From Azolla caroliniana (Eukaryota; Plantae; Polypodiophyta): 64,000 nucleotides of DNA. Numbering within the stretch: position 1 is the first letter of the stretch; each line of letters begins with the position of its first letter. The stretch lies in NCBI GenBank assembly GCA_043228905.1, contig JBHGNT010000014.1, positions 11,842,001 to 11,906,000 of the forward strand, written 5' to 3'. The translations under genes were made by a program, and so were the position numbers. Below are positions 25,211 through 37,475 of the stretch, piece after piece. The notes beneath the pieces were generated by a model. It saw only the letters and a list, made by a program, of their open reading frames with translations. It was not told the DNA's origin and did not search any database.

Positions 25211-25419
25211 AAAGGGGAAGAGCCGAAGACAACCAAACAAAGGGGAAATACAGCCAAGAAGGGTGTAAAGGCCAAGACCAAGACATGGTCTGATGTTGGT
25301 AAGGGCCTAAAGACAGAAGAGGAATTGGAGACAGCCAATTTGGGCGAAAGTGGAATTGAATCGGAAGTGACCGATTTAATCGAAATGTTCGATTTGGACA
25401 TGCTGAATCAACTAAGGAC

Positions 25420-26296
25420 CATGGTTGTTTAAGTACCCATATTTAACTTTTAAATACGTATCGTACCTCATCATTTGTATAGTATGTACTATACCTCAAT
25501 GTTGTTCAATCAAATATCATGTACATTTGTCCAATGCAGTATTTAATGTATTTATAAAGAAACAGGTATAATATGTATTTATAAAGAAAATGTAAGTAAA
25601 CCAAAAGAAAAAAAAAGAAAAAAAAAGATTTTAGTGAAAAAGAAGCCAAAGGAAGGAAGAAAGAAGAATAGAAGAGATGACGATGAAAAAGATGAAGAAG
25701 ATGAAGAAGATTAAGAAGAAGAAGATGAAGAAGAGAGAAATGAAGACATAAACCTGTCCTAACTCTAAGTGTGATAATCGCGAAAGATAGAAGAAGAAGA
25801 AGAAGAAGAAGAAGAAGAAGAAAACGAAGAAAAAAGAAACCTATCATGAGTGTGATAATCGTAGACGATTCCTCACTCTATGAAGGCATAATTGTAAATA
25901 ATTACAATTTGAAGTAGAACATCGTGATACACACTTACACTGATTTATAGAATAAGGGAATGTCGATATCCATATTACTACAAGTATTTTAGGATGTGAA
26001 ATGTTCAAATGTCTTATATGCATTTTAGGATGTAGAACTATATTGTACATCACAAAATTGTGTAAACATAGATGTTTTTTATAATATTATAGATATTTTT
26101 TAGAAAGGTAAATAATTTTCAAATTCTAGAAGTATTTAACGTACTCTACGTAAAATACATATTTTACTTATTTTATGTATTTTATGTATTTAACATATGA
26201 AAAAAACGTATTTAATGTATTTTTAAATTGGGAGGTATTATACGTGTATTAATACGTTATATACATATGGTATTTGTACTGTACCTAACAACCTTG
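25420..26296 (+). mobile_element. Non-autonomous hAT-type DNA transposon with internal (GAA)n tracts
   Basis: Imperfect TIRs CATGGTTGTTTAAGTAC / GTACCTAACAACCTTG; 8-bp TSD CTAAGGAC vs CTATGGAC; AT-rich, non-coding. Confidence 0.78.
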
Positions 26297-26512
26297 CTAT
26301 GGACCAAGCGGAGGAAAGGGCAGCGGAAGAGGCGCCAATACCGTGACAGCAAGGGAGCTAAGAAGGGCCGCATGATCAGACAAGTCGATCAGAAGGGTCG
26401 AAGCGCGCAGAATCAAACGAGTCAAGGAGTGTGAGAGAGGCATGAAGCCAAGAGACGCCGGAGCGAAGATCCGGAGGAGCATGCGGAACCTCAAGTTAAG
26501 CTTGAGGGGGAC

Positions 26513-26900
26513 TGTTGAGAGACAAGCTCAATATTGGGTGCGTAAAACCGTACGCAAAATATGGTCGCGGTGGTGTTTAAACCGAGAGGCCATTAAAACG
26601 TTATTCCTCGTAAGGAATAGTTTTGGGAGTTAGTGTAGAAGGCGCATTTATGAGCAGTCAGGTACTGTCAGTACTTGTGTCAGCCCAATAGTCGGGGCTT
26701 GTATAAAAGGTGCTCACTGATCACCAAATATGTACAGAGAACATACAAAGAATTATTTTTTAATGTAGTTTGGTGTTTCTACTCTCTTTGTCTCTCCCCC
26801 TCTTTCTCTGTGAATTCTGTGTTTTACCGAACTGTCATACTTCCGAACCGTGTACTCTGTGTTCTTACGCATACGCTTAGAAGCACACGTATTATTTTCA
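26513..26900 (+). repeat. 3' LTR of copia D
   Basis: Homologous to 5497-6019; followed by TSD GGCTT. Confidence 0.92.
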
Positions 26901-26905
26901 GGCTT

Positions 26906-28140
26906 TCTCAATTCTCAGAACCAATCTTCATGACATGTCATGTGATTGGATGAGCTCGAGTGGACAAACCATACATTTTCTGAGCTGGAGGTGATGGTCG
27001 GGCATGATGTCGTCTTCGAATTCGCTCTATGCTGCATCATGAACATTCCGCCACAATCGTTGTAGTCGGAATGTGAAGGCCGAGTTCTTTTTCTTATTCC
27101 GACACTCTGCCTCGTAATGGCCAAATTTGCCATACTATCTGCACTAGACGGAGTTGTTTCGTCAGCTAGGTCTGGCATGATTGCTCCCCCTTCTTCCAGA
27201 CGTTCCACCTTGCGTGTTTGCAATGTCTTGTTGGTAGTAGGAATTTTGTTTGCGGGGTTGTTCCTAGTTGTGACAACCTTGGCCGAATCGACCTCTTCTT
27301 CCATGAATTTGTCCCCTTCCTCCATCTGAGTTAGAATAGAGCATGTGTCCTTCTTGCACATTGCTCCACGTTCGGACGTGATTTTCTTCAAGTAGCAACA
27401 TCAACTAGAGATCGAAGGAGGGAGGATTCTCCCTCGCAAGGACAACTGACCTTATTGCACCAAACCGGGTTGCTAGGCCGCCGAGGCATATTTGCACCAT
27501 TTCATCGTCATCAATGTTGACATTGATCGACCCGAGGGAGTCGCACAACTCCTTGATCTTCAAGGTGTAATTGTCAATTGTCATGTCCCTCCATTAAATG
27601 TTGTTCAACTCTTGATGGAGTTGAATTTTTTGTGTGGTTGTATTGGTTGCAAATATCTTTTTGAGGTTCCCCCACAATTCTTTTGGCGTTTTGGCCTCTC
27701 AGATATAGCCAAGCATGTGATCCTGAATGCCTGATGCAAAACAGTACATCATGTGAATCGCCACTTGCTCCTAAGCTAGGTGGTTGGCATGTGTCGGGTT
27801 GGGTTGATTTTCTTGAGCTCCTTCAATGTAATCTCAATAGCCTTGGCCGACAAGGTATTGGTGCATCTTGTATTCCCAAGATGTAGTTGTTTCTGTCAAG
27901 TTTATCTGTAGGAAGAGCGCTTCCCATATGAGTATTCATGATCATTTGAGTTTCTTTTTCTTCTTTGTGATACAAACTGTGCAGGTTGCTGCTACAACGT
28001 TCACCCAATTCTTTGTCACCGTTGGCTTATGCACATCACATATGGATGGGCTTGGATCAAGCTACCACACGCTCTGATCCCATGTAAAGAATCAGGTATG
28101 ATTCTGTGTAGCAGAATAGGTGTGTGTGTGTGTGTGTGTG

Positions 28141-28185
<45 letters not shown>

Positions 28186-28467
28186 ACAAAGTATACAAAA
28201 AATAGTAGAATTGTATTAACATGAAGAACAATAGCCAACAATTACAAAGAGGAGGAGAAGGTGCGTATGTAGTTACCTTCTCTCTATATTCTCTTACTAC
28301 CACCGCCTCTTGGTAAAGAGGTGGAGACTTAACTACCTACTAAATATGTGTCATAAGACTTAACTTCTATGACACTTGGTTATGATACAAGGAGGTGGGA
28401 TGTTCACACACTTGGGTTTTCCTAAGGTGTGTTCCCACACTAGTAAAGTTGAGTTTAATTCTCAACA
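26906..28467 (-). mobile_element. Old copia J: 5' LTR (28083-28467), degenerate PBS-Met (28071-28082), gag-protease remnants
   Basis: Minus strand TGTTGAGAATTAAACTCAAC...GATTCTTTACA, then TGGGATCAGAGC; MGSALPTDKLDRNNY..; SENVWFVHSSSSNHMT. Confidence 0.85.
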
Positions 28468-29086
28468 AACGTCCATTATCTCCCTTTTCTCTTGTCATTT
28501 CCTCTTCATAGTTCCTTGTTGATGACCCTTCTTCACGACCAATCGTGGTGCAATCCAAGTGCTTACCATCTTCATCATTCTTGGTTTTGGGATTTCTCTT
28601 CTTCGGCATTCGAGGAAGCTTAGAAATGTTCTTCGTTCATATCCTTGATTCGTCTTTTCTTCTTCCTTTGGAGTGTTCTTCTTTGCCGTTTAGGGAGGTT
28701 GGAAGGGTTCGCCTTTGTCATCTTCAAGTTGCGTGGGGTCATCTTCGGTATATCTTTCCTTCCTTTACTCTTCTTGTGTAGGATTTTGTCACTCAAGTGG
28801 ATGCACCAAGCTATCACGTTAGTTGCTCGTAGGGAGGACAGAGTTCCACGAGAACTCTACCCCGATTCAAGGTATCCTATCTGCTAGAGGTAGTTGTGGT
28901 GTCGATGACCCAATTGACTCACCTACATCAGAAGCTTTGTTCCTCTCATTCTTTCTTCTTTGCTTGAGCTTGTGGTTAATTCAACGTTACTACCGCTTTA
29001 TCCACTTTCCCCCATTGTAACTTGTAAACCCTACTTTATAAAGGGCCCTCTTAATGTAATGAAGCATCTACCTTTTAATTCAAGAC

Positions 29087-29528
29087 TGTTAAGCCTTAGA
29101 TAATTAAGCAAGGGTTAATTAGTACCTAATTATGTGATTAGTTGATAAGCGGAAGATTAAGTGATATGTGTGTGTATGTGTGTGAGAGGAAGAGAGAGAG
29201 GAAGTTACAATTATGAACAACACAAGATGGGGGATGATTAACTCTATATTAAATTAGCATCATCATCATCAAGCTACAAAAATACCCACAATGAGGTATA
29301 TATACATCTCATGTGCAAAGGTGCACAAGTGTGAGTAGAATATAGGTACTAAGGTTTAAGTCCTATATTAAATGTACTTAGGAGTGGAGGATCTAGAATA
29401 GCCCACTTAAGTACAAGGTCCTATTTAAGGCGTTATAGTCAATACTCTTAACTAGATTCTATCTAGGTAAGTACGAAGTTACATGGTTGCCTAAATAACT
29501 AAACTAAGTTGAGCTTGATCTCTCAACA
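29087..29528 (-). mobile_element. Solo LTR L (copia type)
   Basis: Minus strand TGTTGAGAGATCAAGCTCAAC...TTAACA; TSD AAGAC at 29082-29086 and 29529-29533. Confidence 0.85.
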
Positions 29529-30707
29529 AAGACCATTTTGTCACAAACTTGTACTTACCACATTGATCACGTGATTAATCTCCCCTTATGAAAGCATCCT
29601 AGATGGGCTAGTGCGCGCCTCTACATCTTCCGCTTACGCTTTCTTCGACATTTTGTTCGCATCTCTTTTGTTTGCCTAGCTTCTGTTTGCCTAGCTTCTT
29701 TGACTATCGTGAATGATTAAGCTAAAGTACGAGGAGAAAGAGGATGTCCACGAGGAAGAGATATCTCAGATTTGCCGCCTCAAGAAGTTCTTTCTGTTCC
29801 TCCCTCAGATCCATACTCTGGCTTTCTTGTTGATAGATATGTGGATCACTCTGGTGGCGTCATGGCGGCGAGATCGACCCGAGCGAAAGTAGCTATTGGG
29901 TTCGAATCCCGCTTCTTTTCTTCCGCGGTTCGCCTTTAGGCCATGAGGGCGATCCGATCCCCAGTAGCAGGAGTCCTGAAAGGTCATGGAACTGGCCATA
30001 CTTCATATAGTATACTATATAAGAATGAATAGGAGGTTTTTATTTCTGAGAAAACAAAATATTTTCCATAGAAAAAATTATTGGGAAGGATAAAAATATG
30101 TACGTAGCTCTATTGACGATACTTTTTCTCTCGGGTACAGGAAAATAGCTTTTCTTGAAGGATAAGGATGTGTACATAGTTCCACCCAACAGCTACTTAA
30201 CTAGGTTCACACTATTCTAGCTATGTTCACACTATTCTGGCTATATTCATAGGATACAAATTGAGTGTAAGATTAATTGCCCTCATTTTTGGGAGCTACT
30301 TTCGAAGTTTATACCCACCTACTTGCCCCTGTTTATTGAGGCATTCAATAAACCAACTTCTCCAAGGAGGCTATTGAAAGCCTTGTGATTCCTTTATCCA
30401 GCTCAACTCTAGATGTACACCTCAACTCTATAATTTGGTGGAATTTTCAGGAAATTACAGCATACATGGGATGAAGTAGTAGCAATTGACTATGAACGCT
30501 TGGCCCTAATGATACTATTCAAAGTTCTTGAGAAGCATGATAACTGCTTCCAAAGTTTGGCAACCTCATCTTGATCAACTCCTATCAAATCCAGGAGCAT
30601 TCTGACTATGGAGCTGGAGAATCCAGAGCCATGAATTGTGCTCTTATCATTTCAGACGACAATGAAGAGAAAGTTATTTCTGGTTCTAAGAAGAATGTGG
30701 AGTGTTA

Positions 30708-30985
30708 TCATAAAAAGGGTGGATGCAGAAGCAAGGTGAACCACAATTCAGGTAAACTGCCCTTCTATCACAATCACTTAGATGGTTTTCTCTGTTGCTT
30801 ATACAAGCATGGCGTCAATACTCTTTTGACACTAGACAGTGGTTGTGTGTCATAGAAAGGGTGGAGGCAAATACAAGATGACTACAATTCAGCTAAATTT
30901 GTCCTTCCAACAGAATCAGTTAGATGGTTTTCTCTTGGTTGCTTATACAAGCATGTCTTCAATATCCTTTTGACAGTAGGCAGTA
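30708..30985 (+). repeat. Diverged tandem duplication, about 140 bp x2
   Basis: CATA(A/G)AAAGGGTGGA..ACAATTCAG..TTAGATGGTTTTCTCT..GTTGCTTATACAAGCATG..CTTTTGACA occurs twice. Confidence 0.75.
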
Positions 30986-32219
30986 TATCAAGTTCAAGTT
31001 GTCCGAATAGGCATGATTCTGATTTTCATTTCTTTTGAGGACCCTGAGCTCAATTGGCTGGATCTGTGAGGCCTAGTGTGTGAACAGAGAGAACATCAGA
31101 AAATTAGGTTTTCTGGTTACAAGTTACAAGGAGGGTTTAATTAGAGAGGAGAAGATTGAGATCAGATGGATTGTGTCTGCATTCTCTATGCCTTCAAAGC
31201 CTATCATCACTTTACTCCAAAAATTCATTGTTTTTGTTTGTTTAGAATCTCCTTATACAATTGCATCAATTGTCTATGACATAAAAGTTTGCCTGATATC
31301 AGTTTGTTAGGAACACTCAGGAAATGGATTTGGATTTATTATATTTGATACACTTAGGAAAATATATTTTCTGGAATGGCCTGAGGCAGTTGAACTTTAC
31401 AACTAGATGTGCACGCCTCTGCGCAAATCAGAACCTAATTTTTACTGGATTGATCATAGCTTAATAGCCGTATCTCTAGTCTAGGGATAATTGGTCTTTG
31501 GCCATTTCACACTGACCATGCAATGTCATCTTCTCAGATTCCAAGACTTCTACGGTGAACATAAAAACAATAATAAAATGAAATAAAAGAAAATAGTCAG
31601 TAAAGAATGCCATAGAAGAGAAAAATGAAAACTCTTCTTGTTGACTGTTTTCTTTATACTTTTCTTTATACTAAGGTTGTCATACAACAACATGAGCACT
31701 GAAGGTATTATGTCTATTAATAAATTTGATGTGCTGGAACTTGAATATCTTCGCTAATTTTGTCGTTTTGGTAGATCCCATCACAATCCCTTCAAATTAG
31801 TTTTGGACAAATTTCCTGATTGAATTGGATCATAGATGCATGCAACTTCCATTCAATTGAGTATAGTAACGACTTGTGAGAAGAGAGAAAATCATAATAT
31901 TGGATTCTCTTGGATTCCGGTCCTTATAAGGTTGACATTGATACATTTTCCACGAGATAACAAACTTGATTAAAACCACACACTAGCTAATAATTTACCT
32001 CTAAACTAGCCTCGCTCTTTGCCATTAATTTCAGAAATAAAATGAGAGGATAAAGTACTATATGCTCTTTAGAAAGTAATGTTCAGAATAAATGGGTGTT
32101 TATTGTGTCTTTCAATGTTAAAAAGTTTTTTAATCACAATCAAGAGACCAGATAATAGAAACAAATTGTTGGATTTTCTATAATCAAAACACTCAGAAAC
32201 TAATCAGAGCGGCCTCTGT

Positions 32220-34814
32220 CTATCTGGGATCAGGATGTTGGAGTCTTGAAGAGAGGTATCCCTGACTATGGGACATACTGTCCTCCTCCCTGGGTCTTAT
32301 GGTGGAGTGGAGGAGAGATAGAGATTGCAGTACAAGAGGAGATACAGTGGGGTTGGTTTCCGCTGAGTCCATCGGCCAATTTGGATTCCACTTTTCAACC
32401 TGGTCTTCTTCTAAGATTTGCACCACTGAAGCCATGGAGGGGCGTGAGTTCGGCTCCGATTGAACACACCCCAACGCCAGCGTAAAGAGTCTCTTGAAGC
32501 TCTCCGTGGATACACTCGTCCTCACCAACTGCTTGTCCAGCACATTATCCACCACTTTTTCAGCATCGTAACTTACAGAATTGAAGCCTATGGATCCGGT
32601 AGGATTTGATAACACTAATGAAGATGATGGTGCTGACATTGGTGATGAAGACGATGATGATTTGACCACACTTAACGCCCATGTTGGCAAGTAGCCCTTC
32701 TCCGAATCCAAGCACCTCCTCCCCGTTATCAACTCGAGCAAAACTACTCCATAGCTGTACACGTCCGACTTCGACGTTATGGACGTTTCTTGTAGCCATT
32801 CTGGAGCTAGATATCCCCTTGTCCCTTTCAATGTAGTCATCATAAATCCCTGCATCTCATTCCCATCGATCAGCTTGGCAAGGCCGAAATCCGCAACTTT
32901 GGCATTGAAGTCTTCGTCTAAGAGAATGTTCTCGGGCTTCACATCGCAATGAACAATGTGCTCGGGTCCGCACTGATGGTGGAGATACTCGAGGCCCCGG
33001 GCTGTGTGAAGAGCTATCTTATATCGGGTTTCCCAATCTAAAACAAAGTTACTCTCTCCGTCTTTTTCTTTCCTAAACAACCATCTATCCAATGACCCTC
33101 CTGCCATGAACTCATAGACTAGTAGCCTGTAGTCCCCCTCCACACAAAACCCCCTCAGCCTAACCAGATTCACATGTGAAACACTTCCTATAGTGGCTAC
33201 CTCTGCCTGGAATTGCTGTGTGCTGTGAGCAATTCCTCCACCTCCTCCTTGATCCAGTTTTTTCACTGCTATTTTCACCTTTGTTGAGCCCAGTTCTCCC
33301 TCGTAGACTGATCCGAACCCGCCTGACCCGAGCTTCTTCGAGAAATCACCTGTCGCAAGCTGCAAATCCCGGTATGTGAACTGGGGTGGAAGCCGGGGGA
33401 GGTTTTGTAAGAAAATCTTGACAGCGAACTCATCAGACCGCAGCCTTCTTCGTCTCCGAAGGATGAAAAGAATGAGGAGACCAATGATTAAAAAGGAAAC
33501 AGTGCCTACCACTGCCCCTGCGATTATGGCCGTAGAGCGATTCTTGGATTTGGGGATCTTGAGGAACATGAGTTGGCTACTGTTGTTTGGGCCGCCCTCT
33601 GGGATCGTGTAGAGGATAGGGAAGAGAGAGCATGAAGAGGTGGACGAATCGAAGAGAGCGGCATTGCATGAGCTATTTTCAGAGCAAAGCTGAAGACATT
33701 CACTCTGAGATGCCACCGCGTGTGGGGAGAACTGAGGATGGAAGACAACATTGATAGGTTTCATGTTGTATTTGTAGTTAATTGGGTTGCAATCGTTGCT
33801 TGAATTTGAAATGAATCCTGGGGGGCATTTGCAGGTGAGGTTTGGACCATTTGGAGTGCAGAGTCTATACTGGCCTTCACATGCTTTGGGCATGTAGCAA
33901 GGCTCAATAGTGGAGTTGTAATACCCAATATTCTTGGATCCATTCCAGTAATTGATCAAGAAATTGCCACCTTGCACATAACCAGATCTTATTGCGAAAC
34001 TTGTGTTGGGGCTTTGGTTTGTATTCGATGGAACTGTAGCCATAAGATTAGATGACGCATCATAGTATTCAATGGCATTTCCTACCATTACATGATCCAC
34101 TAATGCTGCATTAATCGTTGATTGGGACGCATTGTATGGATTAAAGCTATGGTAAGCATACATGTTCTCAAGCAGAACCATGAGAAGGTCACCCTGTGGG
34201 CTCAAAACAAGGGCATAATTGCCAGGGATGTTGAATTGGGTGGATTGTGGCACACTTACGCGCTCGTAAAGCGTGGTATTTCGGGTGAAATTCATACCTG
34301 AAGGGAACAGAAAGATGTCGTTGAAGGCAGTGAAGCTTTGCCAGATGACGAGTTGGGCGGCATTGGTGAGGACAAGGTTGCCGTCCTCACGAAGCGTCAT
34401 GTTTTGGACGCCCAAGCCAGCCGTGTTTGATGTCCACACGACATGTTCGTTATCACTATAGAATGAGAGCTCACCATTCTCAGCTAGGACGAGTTTGCAC
34501 GCGGACCCTTGTACCGGGCTCGGTTTGATGTTGAACGACCATATGGCTGCGTTGGCATCTTTCTTTTCGTATAGAACTCCACACATGCAGTAATCCAATC
34601 CCTTATCGTTCCATTTACGGAACCCCAGACTGAAGAGATTATCATTGGGTGAGACGAGGACTTTGTTGTTCTGATCAGGGGTGAAAGTTGTTCCTATTGA
34701 TACAGAGCTTGGTTGGGACGAGTCAGCGTGTATGAGAATCGTGGTGAAAAGATGGAGGGGAAGAAGAAGAAGAAGGGCTAGTCCCAACGTACCTGAATTA
34801 AGCAAGATATTCAT
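32220..34814 (-). CDS. G-type lectin S-receptor-like Ser/Thr kinase (SD-2 type), single exon, non-RD
   Basis: Uninterrupted ORF (first ATG at 34814): hydrophobic signal peptide, bulb lectin (VVWTSNT, LREDGNLVL, WQSF), EGF-like Cys cluster, PAN-like Cys, TM helix then RRRRR, kinase motifs LGSGGFGSVY, AVKKL, HCDVKPENILL, DFG, GTRGYLAPEW. Confidence 0.96.
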   Translation of the reverse strand: MNILLNSGTLGLALLLLLPLHLFTTILIHADSSQPSSVSIGTTFTPDQNNKVLVSPNDNLFSLGFRKWNDKGLDYCMCGVLYEKKDANAAIWSFNIKPSPVQGSACKLVLAENGELSFYSDNEHVVWTSNTAGLGVQNMTLREDGNLVLTNAAQLVIWQSFTAFNDIFLFPSGMNFTRNTTLYERVSVPQSTQFNIPGNYALVLSPQGDLLMVLLENMYAYHSFNPYNASQSTINAALVDHVMVGNAIEYYDASSNLMATVPSNTNQSPNTSFAIRSGYVQGGNFLINYWNGSKNIGYYNSTIEPCYMPKACEGQYRLCTPNGPNLTCKCPPGFISNSSNDCNPINYKYNMKPINVVFHPQFSPHAVASQSECLQLCSENSSCNAALFDSSTSSCSLFPILYTIPEGGPNNSSQLMFLKIPKSKNRSTAIIAGAVVGTVSFLIIGLLILFILRRRRRLRSDEFAVKIFLQNLPRLPPQFTYRDLQLATGDFSKKLGSGGFGSVYEGELGSTKVKIAVKKLDQGGGGGIAHSTQQFQAEVATIGSVSHVNLVRLRGFCVEGDYRLLVYEFMAGGSLDRWLFRKEKDGESNFVLDWETRYKIALHTARGLEYLHHQCGPEHIVHCDVKPENILLDEDFNAKVADFGLAKLIDGNEMQGFMMTTLKGTRGYLAPEWLQETSITSKSDVYSYGVVLLELITGRRCLDSEKGYLPTWALSVVKSSSSSSPMSAPSSSLVLSNPTGSIGFNSVSYDAEKVVDNVLDKQLVRTSVSTESFKRLFTLALGCVQSEPNSRPSMASVVQILEEDQVEKWNPNWPMDSAETNPTVSPLVLQSLSLLHSTIRPREEDSMSHSQGYLSSRLQHPDPR

Positions 34815-34923
34815 CAAAGCCAATGGCTAATTGGTGTGAATGATTAAGAAAGAAGCTCAAGCTCAATAAAATTGTTAATGTGGTATTCTCGTATGATATC
34901 TTTATAAGGAAAGAAAGAAAAAA

Positions 34924-35140
34924 TGGCAAATTGGCTAGCTATGTGAGCATTTTATGTTTTATTTATATCATATCATCTATTTGGACCAATTCTCTGGCAA
35001 AGTGGCTAGCTGTGTGATTACTTTCTGTTTTGTTTAATAGATATCATCTTTTTGGACCAATTCTTTGGCGAAGTGGGTAGATGTGTGAGCATCTTTTGTT
35101 TTGTTTATATCATTTCGTCTCTTTGAACCAATTCTCTAGC
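34924..35140. repeat. Three diverged ~72-bp tandem repeats in the kinase proximal promoter
   Basis: GGC(A/G)AA(T/G)TGG(C/G)TAG.T(A/G)TGTGA...TT(G/T)(G/A)ACCAATTCT repeated three times. Confidence 0.8.
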
Positions 35141-35249
35141 CTCTCCTTCGCATCATATATGTGTATATGTTGTAGCCAAAGTTGACCATAAAGGCATTTT
35201 TGTAAGGATGCCTTTTAATAGTCAATGTGGACTTCTTTGATGATTCCCC

Positions 35250-35547
35250 TAGGTCGAATCGGCAATGGTTCCGTTTCGGCTTAATCGGTTTGTACATGGG
35301 AGTTTCCAAACTTCAACTGAACCGGTTCCTAAATCAGTTAAGCCTAAACCGGTCACGGAACAGGTTTAGGAACCAGTTTAATCAAGCCGATTAAGCCTTG
35401 CCCTATTTGGCCCAAATCATTTCGGTTCAGCTTGAGCCATCCCAAACCATGCTCAAACCGGTTAAGGAAGCTCAAGCCTAAACTGAACCGCCAAATAGTT
35501 TAAAAATGGTTCGGTTTAGGCTTGAGCCGACCTATTGCCGATTTCTA
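35250..35547. mobile_element. MITE (hAT-like, AACCG/CGGTT-rich)
   Basis: TIR-like ends ..GAATCGGCAA / TTGCCGATTTCTA; no clean TSD. Confidence 0.65.
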
Positions 35548-36796
35548 ACCATCACATCTTTTTCAATATAGTTTCATGGAGTTGTGAATTGTGTTCCTCC
35601 CCCCTTGAGATTGAGGATGATAACTCTATTTTGTCAACTCCAATCTTCTCCTCCCATTCCCAAAAATTGTTATAGACAATTCCAACTATAAAACATGATC
35701 CTCCTAGAAACCACCCCTCTCAATTCAATGAATTGCCACCTAGGAGAATGTAGATCATGCAACTGCTTGAGTTTGAGATGCCATAATGTTAACTCTCAAC
35801 TTTCATTTCATTCTACCAGTGGGATTTGTTTATACGGTATACCCTTATTGCAATGCAATTATTTCCATGAACTTGTAAAGTTGACTTATGGATTGTCCTT
35901 GTGCGGAAGCATTCCTCCCAAAGTTATTGGGCACAAACTTCTATTGGGGTTCTTTTATAACCTTATTGCAATGCACCGTTCTCATGAACTCATAAAGTTG
36001 ACTTGTCCTCACATTCCTCCTAAAGTTTTTCGGCACACACTCCTATTGGATTCTTTTATAGCCTAATTGTAGTGCACTTATTTTGATAAACTAATAAAGT
36101 TTACTCTAGAATGTCCTTGCGTCAAAGCATTTTCTCTAAATTTATTAGGCACATGATACATCTAGTAAACAACTCTTTGAGAGTTAAGTGAACCCACGAA
36201 TTGTTGATTAACATATAAAAACCTTATGAATATGTAAAAACCCTTTTGTTGATCGATCAACTTGTTGTCTCCTTGCAAATTCCCCCATAGAGTGGTGGAT
36301 GCCTAAATAGCTCCACCCCTACAACAATTGTTCACCAGAAACTTTGAACTTTTGTTGTCCCTACTATCCAACACCACGTAGATCCCGATTGTAACTTTTT
36401 GACAAAGGTTAGAGAAAAATGGAAGTGTTTTCTCATCAACCTTTTCTATGTTTTGTCTCTATTTGATGTGTTGTTCACTATCTCTAAGTCTCAGTTTTTC
36501 CATTTATAGAACTATCTCTCGCTTGGATATGTATTTCTCATTATGTATATATACACACATACATAGAATAAATCCACCTCATCTAATAATAATACTCATG
36601 AAGCTTCAACATACATAGAATAAATCCACCTTGTCTAATAATAATACTCATGAAGCTTCAACATACATAGAATAAATCCACCTCATCTAATAATGGCATT
36701 CATGAACCTTCAACAATGAGGAAATAATAATTGCTAAATAATATTTATAAATAATGTTAAATCTTTGTACAAATACACAAGTGGCAAGAGGTAGAA

Positions 36797-36911
36797 GCCG
36801 AACCGAGCTCAAACCATTTAGTCAAGCTCAAACCCGACTTGAGCCGCTAAGCCGCTTTAAACCGGTTTAGCTTAACTGTTTAGGCTTGAGCCGAGCCGTT
36901 GCCGATTCCTA
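36797..36911. mobile_element. One-ended MITE fragment at the duplication junction
   Basis: Ends TTGCCGATTCCTA; similar to about 35440-35547. Confidence 0.65.
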
Positions 36912-37475
36912 ATTCCCATGAACTCATGAAGTTGACTCCGGGGTTGTCCTCACATTCATCCTAAAGTTTTTCGGCACACACTCCTATTGGATTCTTTTAT
37001 AGCCTAAATGTAGTGCACGTATTCTGATAATCTAATAAAGTTGATTATAGAATGTTCTTGCATCGAAGCATTTTGTCTAAATTTATTGGGCGCATGATAC
37101 ATCTAGTAAACAACTCTTTGAGAGTAAGTGAACCCACGAAATGCTGATTGACATCTCATTCTAGGTACGATACCTTATAAATATATAAAAACCCTTTTGT
37201 TACTCCATCAACTTGTTGTCTCCTTGTAAATTCCCCCATAGTGGTGGAAGCCTAAATAGCTCCACCCCTACAACAATTGTTCACCACAAACGTTGAACTT
37301 TTGTTGTCCCAACTATCCAACACCAAGTAGATGCGGATGGTAACTTGTTGAGAAAGGTTATAGAAAATGGAAGTGTTTTCTCGTCAACCTCTTCTATGTT
37401 TTGTTTCTACTTGATGTTGTTCACTATCTCTAAGTCTCTCTTTTTCCATTTATAGAACTATCTCTCACTTGGATA

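Larger units (their letters stand above)
5497..26900 (+). mobile_element. Element D: degenerate full-length Ty1/copia, hosting B, C, solo LTR K and a hAT element
   Basis: LTRs 5497-6019 and 26513-26900 (TGTTGAGA...TTTTCA); TSD GGCTT at 5492-5496 and 26901-26905; PBS-Met 6020-6031; PPT TGAGGGGGAC before the 3' LTR. Confidence 0.93.

Noticed and set aside
25506-25847. Leu/Phe-rich 113-aa ORF resembling a membrane protein
   Set aside because: Translation of the reverse complement of the GAA microsatellite.
28119-28182. (GT)n(GA)n microsatellite, and similar tracts at about 22146 and 41600
   Set aside because: Ordinary LTR-associated simple repeats.
28468-29086. Possible further old LTR-element remnant
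   Set aside because: TE-like composition, but no termini, TSD or protein motif that I could fix.
29850-29915. GGGTTCGAATCCC B-box as a tRNA gene
   Set aside because: No convincing acceptor stem or cloverleaf around it.
36555-36715. Regularly spaced ~52-bp repeats resembling a CRISPR array
   Set aside because: Head-to-tail minisatellite without unique spacers, in eukaryotic DNA with no cas genes.
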